Translations under genes and position numbers: made by a program
Shown here: piece by piece, positions 44,411-51,308 of the stretch
How the letters are laid out: the number at the start of each line of letters is the position of its first letter
How positions within the stretch are numbered: the stretch's first letter is position 1
The notes under the pieces: generated by a model
Database searches by the model: none
What the model was told of the DNA's origin: nothing
What the model saw: only the letters and a program-made list of their open reading frames with translations
IMG/VR virus record: IMGVR_UViG_3300020045_016833
Location: 1-51,308 of that record
Source of the DNA: a virus
Lineage: Duplodnaviria; Caudoviricetes
Strand: one strand, 5' to 3'
Length of the DNA: 51,308 nt

Positions 44411-47400
44411 ATGAGCCAATTACAACAAATACTCAATTATGTAAAAAACATCAACGAGAGATTGAATCTTTGGTCGTCTAATGCCAAAAAAACAGAAGAA
44501 TTGCCAGTGATGGAAACTATGGATCCTGAAGGGCTATTGATTGTTTCTGAATTAGTAGATGGTATTTGGACTTCTAAACAATTAGAAATTCAAAAAATAA
44601 TTGAAGGTATTTCACTTAGTGGCCAAGACAACAAAATTAGAGAGGTATTATTAGGCACCATTACTGCAGATCAAGATTTCAATTATTTATTAGATAATAC
44701 TGGAATTACTGTTACTGAGAATGAAATAATACTTGTAACAGCTTTAACAACTATAAATGCAACTTTAGTTCAAAAGCAATATTTGTGGAAACTTGGAAAA
44801 GGAGCTTTCAATCCGATAGGTTCTGAAAATGTAAACAGCAAGCTTATTGAATTACAACCAAGATTCCTAAACGAAATTACATCTGACGAACTTACTTCTT
44901 CTCCAAGTGCTATTGTTTATGATTTTGGAGAAATCACCGATTCTATTTTAGAGGTTATTAATACTGCTAATCCTGCCTATAATTATACAGATGATGAAAA
45001 GATATATTACATCCGAGCTATAAAAGATGGAGTTAAATTACTATATAACTTTATAGGAATTAATGGCACTTATGGTAATGGCGAAAGTCAAATGCTTGAA
45101 TCGGATTTAGTTTTAGTATACTCGAGTGCTAATACAGATATTACTGAACTTAATGACTTTGTTTTAAAACGTGAATCACAAGATTATCTTATAAACTATT
45201 TTGACGCTGTAGTTGAGGAAGTATATTTAAGTGACGAAAGGGCTTCTTTAAGTTTTACAGGCTCAAATACTGATGTAAAATCCATTCGATTAAGTGAAGA
45301 ATTCATGCGTTTAGGGAAGTTGTTTACTTTCAAAAATCGTCAAACTATTCCAGTAACATTTTGGCATAATTCCGGAACTGGAAATGTAAAATTGTTATTC
45401 CCAAATGAAGAAAACTTTGTTTTAAATCCAAATGAGATTATCCAATTTTCATTAAACATAAATGATTCCAGCACGCCAAAATTAGAATACATAGGCGTTG
45501 CTAGTGGCGTCGAGTTACCTATTGCAATAACTGATGTAACTGGGTTAACGGAAGAATTAGCTGATAAAGCATCCACCACTTATGTTGATAGCCAAGACAC
45601 AGCAAAATTATTGGAAGCGAAAGCCTATTCTGATGGATTAATCACTCAATTAATTGATGGTGCTCCGGCAGACGCTAACACGCTAAAAGAACTAAACGAT
45701 AAGATAATTGCTGTTCAGGCAATCATTGGCGGTACAACTGCTGATGGTGATGCTTTAGTAAATACGGTAAATGAATTATTACAAGTTTTTGCCACATTCC
45801 CTGAAGGAGTTGATTTGGTTACGTTATTAGCGGGAAAAGTAAATACTACAGATGTATATAATGCTTTGGATTGCATTGTTGCCGGAAAAGTAGCCGATGC
45901 ACGACAGTTGAAAGTATTGAATGATTTGATTGTAGCTCTGACAACTGTTGTAGCAGGAAAAGAAGATACTTCTAACAAATCAACGGATGTTGAAGTGGAC
46001 AAGACTTCACATTTGAAGTATTCATCCGTGAAGTCAATTTATGATTGGGCGGTCGGAAAGTTTCAAAATATTTTGGTTTCGGGAACAAATATTAAGACAT
46101 TGAATGGTCAAAGTTTATTAGGTTCCGGAAATATAGCAACGACTTCTGAAATTTCAATTCAAAATAATGCAGGCGTTGAACAATTTAAAGTAACAGATAT
46201 TTTTAAATTTGATAATGTTACATTTGATTCAGCCAATAAAAAAATTACAATTGATGCTTTAGCTAATTTATCAGCTTACTACGATGCAACTAATGGAGTA
46301 GATGCTACAGCTGTTCTAGATAATTCCAAAAAACCATTTAAAACTATACACGCTTTATTATCTGCTTTACCTGCGACAACAGGGGAAACATATACTATTT
46401 ATATACTTTCTGGAAATGTTACTTTTACAAGAAAAACAACTAGAAGAAACTTAAAATTTATATCATATGTTGATACAACTTTTATATTTGATTCAGTAAA
46501 AGAAAATGATGGAACAACAGTAGCTACTTTTTTATTTAGTGATGCAGGCGGAACGGATAGAACTTGGACATTTGAAAATGCCAACATCAGTTTCCAATGC
46601 AGTGTTAATTTTAAATTTGGTAGAGAATATAATACAGGAGTAATTTTTAAAGGAAATATAAATAATTTCACTTGGGCAAGTAACGAAGTCTATGTCCAGC
46701 CAAATTCAAATTTAAAAATAAATAATGTAACAGGATTTGGAGCTAAGTTTGTTGGTAGTGGTAATGCTGCGGATAAATTACCATCATATATAGAAATTGA
46801 TTTTTTTAATGTAACTACAAATGCTAATATTTTAGGTTCATACAAAGGTACATTAAGAGTAAATAATTTAGTAAAAACTAATATAGGAACGGTTAATAAT
46901 ATTGAATTTTCAGCATCTAATTCATCAACAGATGAAATTACTTTAGAGTTTAAAAATGTAACATTTAACGGTAGAATAACAACGTATGTCAATCAATTAA
47001 ACTTTTTAAATTGCATTGTAAACAATCTAACAACTTTTGAGTTTGGAAAAAGAGGCGGTTTTTCTCCTGGTTTTGTATCTGGTAATTTGATTGGAACAGT
47101 ATTTAATGACTCTGGTTTTTTTACAAATGGTGCATATTTTAAAAATTTTACTGGAAGAATAGGCGGTGCTACTTTAGCTAACGGAGTTTACACATTTGAA
47201 AATTGTGATATTACTTGCAATACTACATTGACAAGCCGTTGGAGTTCCGCAACTTTAAAAGAAGCAATATTTTTTAAAGGATATAATACAATCACACAAT
47301 TAACCACAGGCGGAGGTCTGATAGGTTCTGAAGCAGATACAACTGTAGAGTTTGGAGGTATTGTAAAGACAAATGCTATAAGTTTTGGATTAAAAGTAAA

Positions 47401-48313
47401 AAGCGTGTTTAGTAATTCTACTTTTAAAGAAAAATTATACGAAGTAGTTATAAGATCCAAAAATGATTTAATAAATAGAGTTTTAAGTTCCGGAACAACT
47501 TATATAATTGATGGTAATATTATTCTTTTAACGGGAGAGTATATTGAAATACCATCTGGAGGTTTAACTCTTTCTGGATATGGTTTCGACGTGTCGATAA
47601 TTACTAAAAATGTATCAGGACAAAGTATATTTAAAAGTCCTGCAGGAGGTTCTGGTAATTTTGTGACTAATAATATTCAGTACAATTCTGGATTAAGTTC
47701 TGTTTTTGATTTAATTGATAGTGATGGAAGTCACGCAATTGAAATAAATGACGTTAACTTTCAAAGTTGTTCATCTTTAGGGACGTTAAATCATTATAGA
47801 CAATTTACCGGAACAACTATTGGAATTTACGGTTGTTCGGATGGCTTTACACTGGAAGGGTCTTGGAACGGATTTAAATTGGTGAATACGAATGCTTTTG
47901 GATTCGGAGCGTCTGGAACACTTATAAAAAAGGGGACGACCACTTCATTTGCGAATCGTTTATATTTAGATTTAAATTTAAGTTTGCCGACCGGCGCAAA
48001 GATTTGTGATTTTCAAGATTCTAACTTTGCAAGCGACAAACTTTTGCAAATTGTAAATTGTTTAGTGAAGGTTAACGGTGTAATTGATCCGACGACAACT
48101 TCGGCAACTTTTCCAAATATAACGCCATTTTCATCCAAGGCATATTTCACTAATAACATAGGAGTAAAAAACAGTTTCAATGAACCTTACGGATTAAAAA
48201 CAACTAATCTTTCAACGTATTCCGATGATGTTTCAGCGTCTTCCGGTGGGATCCAAGTCGGTGAAGTTTACATCGAAACAATAACGGGATATTTCAAAAC
48301 CCGATTAACTTAA
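44411..48313 (+). CDS. Tail fibre/spike (receptor-binding protein)
   Basis: ~1300 aa; APADANTLKEL, LVSGTNIKTLNGQSLLGSG, KPFKTI fibre motifs; Asn/Gly/Thr-rich beta-helix-like C-terminal half. Confidence 0.8.
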   Translation: MSQLQQILNYVKNINERLNLWSSNAKKTEELPVMETMDPEGLLIVSELVDGIWTSKQLEIQKIIEGISLSGQDNKIREVLLGTITADQDFNYLLDNTGITVTENEIILVTALTTINATLVQKQYLWKLGKGAFNPIGSENVNSKLIELQPRFLNEITSDELTSSPSAIVYDFGEITDSILEVINTANPAYNYTDDEKIYYIRAIKDGVKLLYNFIGINGTYGNGESQMLESDLVLVYSSANTDITELNDFVLKRESQDYLINYFDAVVEEVYLSDERASLSFTGSNTDVKSIRLSEEFMRLGKLFTFKNRQTIPVTFWHNSGTGNVKLLFPNEENFVLNPNEIIQFSLNINDSSTPKLEYIGVASGVELPIAITDVTGLTEELADKASTTYVDSQDTAKLLEAKAYSDGLITQLIDGAPADANTLKELNDKIIAVQAIIGGTTADGDALVNTVNELLQVFATFPEGVDLVTLLAGKVNTTDVYNALDCIVAGKVADARQLKVLNDLIVALTTVVAGKEDTSNKSTDVEVDKTSHLKYSSVKSIYDWAVGKFQNILVSGTNIKTLNGQSLLGSGNIATTSEISIQNNAGVEQFKVTDIFKFDNVTFDSANKKITIDALANLSAYYDATNGVDATAVLDNSKKPFKTIHALLSALPATTGETYTIYILSGNVTFTRKTTRRNLKFISYVDTTFIFDSVKENDGTTVATFLFSDAGGTDRTWTFENANISFQCSVNFKFGREYNTGVIFKGNINNFTWASNEVYVQPNSNLKINNVTGFGAKFVGSGNAADKLPSYIEIDFFNVTTNANILGSYKGTLRVNNLVKTNIGTVNNIEFSASNSSTDEITLEFKNVTFNGRITTYVNQLNFLNCIVNNLTTFEFGKRGGFSPGFVSGNLIGTVFNDSGFFTNGAYFKNFTGRIGGATLANGVYTFENCDITCNTTLTSRWSSATLKEAIFFKGYNTITQLTTGGGLIGSEADTTVEFGGIVKTNAISFGLKVKSVFSNSTFKEKLYEVVIRSKNDLINRVLSSGTTYIIDGNIILLTGEYIEIPSGGLTLSGYGFDVSIITKNVSGQSIFKSPAGGSGNFVTNNIQYNSGLSSVFDLIDSDGSHAIEINDVNFQSCSSLGTLNHYRQFTGTTIGIYGCSDGFTLEGSWNGFKLVNTNAFGFGASGTLIKKGTTTSFANRLYLDLNLSLPTGAKICDFQDSNFASDKLLQIVNCLVKVNGVIDPTTTSATFPNITPFSSKAYFTNNIGVKNSFNEPYGLKTTNLSTYSDDVSASSGGIQVGEVYIETITGYFKTRLT

Positions 48314-48370
48314 TTCACCACAACAAAAAACAGAATTTCAAAAAGAGTATAAAATTTTAATAAAATAAGC

Positions 48371-48907
48371 ATGGAAAAACTACTGGCATTTGCCTTACCA
48401 AAATTCACATTACTATCATTATTTATAAAAAAACCTATCCTATTATTGGTAAGTGTTCCAGCTATTGCAGCGGTTTCACAAGTAGTGAGTTATGAAGGTG
48501 TTTGGTTTATATTCTGTTGGTTTTTCATAGGTGACTTGTTAACTGGTCTTTTGGCTTCTTTTTATGAATGGAAAAAAAGCGATCATAAAGAGCGTTGGTT
48601 TTTTGGTAAAGGCGAAGGATTCTCCAGCGACAAAGCCAAGAAAATGGGAATCAAGTTAGCGGTATATCTTTTGGTTCCGCAATTGTTGGTAAATCTTCAA
48701 AAAACGCTTTTGCTTAAAAACTTCAAATATTCCACAATATCCGATGCTGAATTTGAACTAGCCACAATTGTAGTATTGTTTTTTTGTGCTATCGAAGGCT
48801 TTTCCATCTTTCACGAAAACCTACCAAAATGCGGTTTTGATTTATGGAAATCTATAAAAAAAATGATCGGCTTTTATAAGGAAGCTAAAAAAGAAATAAC
48901 AGAGTAA
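48371..48907 (+). CDS. Holin
   Basis: Several TM helices, DLLTG, IEGFSIFHEN; precedes endolysin. Confidence 0.75.
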   Translation: MEKLLAFALPKFTLLSLFIKKPILLLVSVPAIAAVSQVVSYEGVWFIFCWFFIGDLLTGLLASFYEWKKSDHKERWFFGKGEGFSSDKAKKMGIKLAVYLLVPQLLVNLQKTLLLKNFKYSTISDAEFELATIVVLFFCAIEGFSIFHENLPKCGFDLWKSIKKMIGFYKEAKKEITE

Positions 48908-48909
48908 TT

Positions 48910-49323
48910 ATGGCAAATTTTAAAATAGCAAATAAATTAACAAGAATATCAGAAGGCGGATACTCTGATGTTTATGAAGACAACGGAAACTGGACAGGTG
49001 GAAAAATTGGTAACGGTATTTTAATCGGTACCAAATACGGAATTAGTGCTCCTGTATTGATGGCTTATTTAGGGCGTGTCCCAAAGGTGTCTGAAATGGA
49101 AAATCTTTCTGAAGATGTCGCTTCTAAAATTTATATTAAAAATTATTGGAATGTAATTCGAGGTGATGAAATAGCCAACCAAGATATAGCTAATAAAATA
49201 TATGACATGGCTGTTACTTCAGGAAACGGAACTGCAATTAAGTTAGCAAAAAGAGCAAGGAACTATCCAGAAAGCACAAAAATGGATGATGAATTTTTAA
49301 ACCATTTAAATCAAGTAAAATGA
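48910..49323 (+). CDS. Endolysin, glycoside hydrolase family 108
   Basis: EGGY..D.GNWTGG..GTKYGIS..IYIKNYW..YDMAVTSG. Confidence 0.85.
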   Translation: MANFKIANKLTRISEGGYSDVYEDNGNWTGGKIGNGILIGTKYGISAPVLMAYLGRVPKVSEMENLSEDVASKIYIKNYWNVIRGDEIANQDIANKIYDMAVTSGNGTAIKLAKRARNYPESTKMDDEFLNHLNQVK

Positions 49324-49622
49324 AGTATTTAATTTTATTACTATTTTTTAGCTGCAATACTAAAATCAGCAAAGTTACTCCCGTAATCCCCAATGAATCT
49401 ATTGTGGAATTGCATAAATGCCCGGATCCAATAATTATAAAGGATACTGTTTTTTTGACGAAAGAATATGACAGTTTGCAAATTGTCATTAAGAAAAAGA
49501 ACGACAGCCTTTTTGTGGAAAGATTCCGTTTAGAAAGAGTAAAGTATTATAACAAAATCGCTCAAAATAATTCCTCTCAAAGAAAGTTCTTAGTGGGTTG
49601 GATTAATAGAGCCGTAAAATAA
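49320..49622 (+). CDS. Lipoprotein, candidate spanin component
   Basis: Lipobox LFFSC in lysis cassette. Confidence 0.55.
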   Translation: MKYLILLLFFSCNTKISKVTPVIPNESIVELHKCPDPIIIKDTVFLTKEYDSLQIVIKKKNDSLFVERFRLERVKYYNKIAQNNSSQRKFLVGWINRAVK

Positions 49623-49629
49623 AAAAATC

Positions 49630-50313
49630 ATGCAAATCAATTTACAAAGTCCATTTTGGAAGACGTTTTTGAAGTACCTAGCTGTTTTTTCACTTGGTTG
49701 TTTTGTTGCATTTTGGTTTCGTGGATGCTCAGGAAGTACGCCAAAGCCACAAATTGCAAAAGTGATAGTGCCAGAAGTAAAAGGAGTTTTTGAATCTAAA
49801 AAGCCAGCTCATGAGCCAATTGTCATAAATGCAAATAATACCGCAAATATGCAAAAAGGTAAAACGGTTTTTGTTGAAAATCCAATCGATAAAAAATTGA
49901 TTGCTGAAAATGAAAAATTAAAAAAGGATTTCGCAAAAGCTGATAGTGCAACAAAGGATGTGATTTTTGAAAAAGTAGCTCAACTCAATAAATTCTCATC
50001 CAATTTTGAAGATGAAAACATCATTATAAACATTGAAGGAATAGTCCAGGGCGAAGTAAAAGAAATCACTCCAAGCTACATTCGAAAAAAGATTGAAACG
50101 GAAGTTACGGTAAAAGTGAAAGAAAGTGTTTTCCGGGTTTTGGCCGGTGGAGCAGTTGGCTTGAATAAAGAATTGAATCAAGCAGCCTATCAATTAGATC
50201 TAAATTTTCAAAACAGAAAAGGGAATATAATCTCCGCTGAATACTTGAAAATTGGCGGTCAAGAGTTTGGGATGGTTGGTTATAAGCATTCGATAATTAA
50301 TATAAAAAGGTAG
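49630..50313 (+). CDS. Membrane-anchored protein, candidate spanin
   Basis: N-terminal TM ending FRGC, coiled-coil middle, beta-rich C-terminus. Confidence 0.55.
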   Translation: MQINLQSPFWKTFLKYLAVFSLGCFVAFWFRGCSGSTPKPQIAKVIVPEVKGVFESKKPAHEPIVINANNTANMQKGKTVFVENPIDKKLIAENEKLKKDFAKADSATKDVIFEKVAQLNKFSSNFEDENIIINIEGIVQGEVKEITPSYIRKKIETEVTVKVKESVFRVLAGGAVGLNKELNQAAYQLDLNFQNRKGNIISAEYLKIGGQEFGMVGYKHSIINIKR

Positions 50314-50358
50314 TTTTATTTCTATATCATTTATAATTATATTTGGTAAAAAAAAAAC

Positions 50359-50565
50359 ATGGAGCCAAGAATAATTAAAATTGAATTCAAGGAACGTATT
50401 GATTTAGATTTGAATGATCCAAATGAAATGGTATTTAAAACTAAGTTAGTTAACAAAATAAAGGAAATATTAAACGCAACAGATATTGAAGATTTTCACG
50501 TTCATGATTCGGGAGATATTCAAGCAGTAATTCTACAAATAGATAATACTAAAAGCGGCCATTAA
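50359..50565 (+). CDS. Small hypothetical protein with own -7 box
   Basis: TATATTTG at 50338-50345. Confidence 0.55.
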   Translation: MEPRIIKIEFKERIDLDLNDPNEMVFKTKLVNKIKEILNATDIEDFHVHDSGDIQAVILQIDNTKSGH

Positions 50566-50578
50566 CGACCGCTTTTTT
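50551..50578. terminator. Bidirectional terminator
   Basis: AAAAGCGG...CCGCTTTT between convergent units. Confidence 0.6.
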
Positions 50579-50640
50579 GCATTATATAATTTTTGAAGTT
50601 TATTGTAGAATTTCATATATAATTTTCAATTAAATATGTA

Positions 50641-50769
50641 TTATTTTTTTCTATTTCTCCAGCTGTCATTATGATATTTGTCTGATGGATGGCTTTTAAA
50701 TTTTACCCAAAGCAATCTAAGAACCAAAGCTAATCCAGCAACTGAAATAATAATATCGATAATTGTCAT
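50641..50769 (-). CDS. 42-aa membrane peptide downstream of integrase
   Basis: Hand translation MTIIDIIISVAGLALVLRLLWVKFKSHPSDKYHNDSWRNRKK. Confidence 0.45.
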   Translation of the reverse strand: MTIIDIIISVAGLALVLRLLWVKFKSHPSDKYHNDSWRNRKK

Positions 50770-50779
50770 AGATTCAAAT

Positions 50780-51308
50780 TTAAGCGGTTATAATATTTAT
50801 TTTTATATTCTTCAAAGCTTCGTTTTTTCGGACATTCCTTCCTATTAAATAAACTTTTTCAGTTACATTAGTTTCATGGCTGGCCATACCTTTTGATAAC
50901 ATTGAACTTTCACTGGTAGCTTTATCTAGTTCATCCAGGAACAAATGTTTTAAAGCATAAAAATCAGCAGTAACATTATATTTATCCTTTACTAATCGTT
51001 TCCATCTTTTGGTTATCTGATATGGTTGTGTGGCTTTTAGTGAAGGTTGCAAGTTTCTTGTAAATAAAAAATCATCTGCAGTACTACATTCATTTATGAT
51101 TTCAGTCCAAAACGGCATAGCGTTTGGCAAAATCACCTTAATTACTTCCTTGCTGACAGATCCTTTCAATATTGTAATTTTATATTCCTGCTTAGCTAAA
51201 TTCACATCCTTTTTCTGAACTCTAAATAATTCAGCGCTTCTTGCTCCAGAGTGAAAAAAAATCATCCCGTATCTGTAGAACGTGTAATGATTAGTTTTTA
51301 AAATCTTA
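50780..51308 (-). CDS. int: Tyrosine integrase, C-terminal catalytic part
   Basis: SGAR (catalytic Arg), YALKH (variant HxxR box), MASH and TEKVY (Tyr nucleophile); adjacent to attP. Confidence 0.88.
   Translation of the reverse strand, partial: KILKTNHYTFYRYGMIFFHSGARSAELFRVQKKDVNLAKQEYKITILKGSVSKEVIKVILPNAMPFWTEIINECSTADDFLFTRNLQPSLKATQPYQITKRWKRLVKDKYNVTADFYALKHLFLDELDKATSESSMLSKGMASHETNVTEKVYLIGRNVRKNEALKNIKINIITA
51188..51308. repeat. Terminal direct repeat (copy 2), circular-assembly overlap
   Basis: Identical to 1-121. Confidence 0.95.

Larger units (their letters stand above)
1..51308. mobile_element. Complete temperate phage genome (siphovirus-like, probably Flavobacteriaceae host), excised/circular form
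   Basis: Integrase + intact attP, CI/Cro, replication, terminase, portal, capsid, tape measure and lysis modules; no host housekeeping genes; no sheath gene recognised. Confidence 0.92.

Noticed and set aside
44411-48313. Diversity-generating retroelement or invertible fibre cassette
   Set aside because: No reverse transcriptase, invertase, TR/VR pair or inverted fibre copy seen
3800-50193. Numerous 60-180 aa minus-strand ORFs within large plus-strand genes (e.g. 11380-11910, 9495-9836, 34097-34450)
   Set aside because: Antisense shadows of real genes, Ser/Phe/Leu-rich with no motifs

Overview
The window is an apparently complete, circularly assembled genome of a temperate tailed phage. The unique length is about 51,187 bp, because bases 1-121 repeat exactly at 51188-51308. 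The host is most likely a Flavobacteriaceae/Bacteroidota member, judged from the AT-richness, TAnnTTTG promoter boxes and lack of Shine-Dalgarno sequences. The gene order is: tyrosine integrase (split by the contig ends) with an intact attP carrying the 3' half of a CAT-anticodon tRNA; a CI/Cro switch; recombination and replication genes (RecT-like, RecE-like exonuclease, ParB-MTase fusion, SNF2 helicase, iteron-containing initiator); many small accessory genes; a second ParB-like-MTase; terS, a ~3 kb insert, terL; portal, protease and capsid; a siphovirus-like tail with a 1397-aa tape measure; tail fibre; and lysis genes. The most unusual signals lie in the terS-portal region. (1) A tRNA scaffold has its anticodon arm replaced by a 68-nt insert. 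The insert holds a GAA/AGUA hairpin motif that recurs, with a compensatory change, just upstream of an amber-interrupted gene. (2) A ~215-nt structured ncRNA candidate follows it. (3) A truncated Fur-like DNA-binding protein is encoded, and near-identical Fur-box-like palindromes sit at the portal and tail-fibre promoters, suggesting an iron/Fur-linked late-gene circuit. All family calls come from motif recognition by eye; no searches were run.
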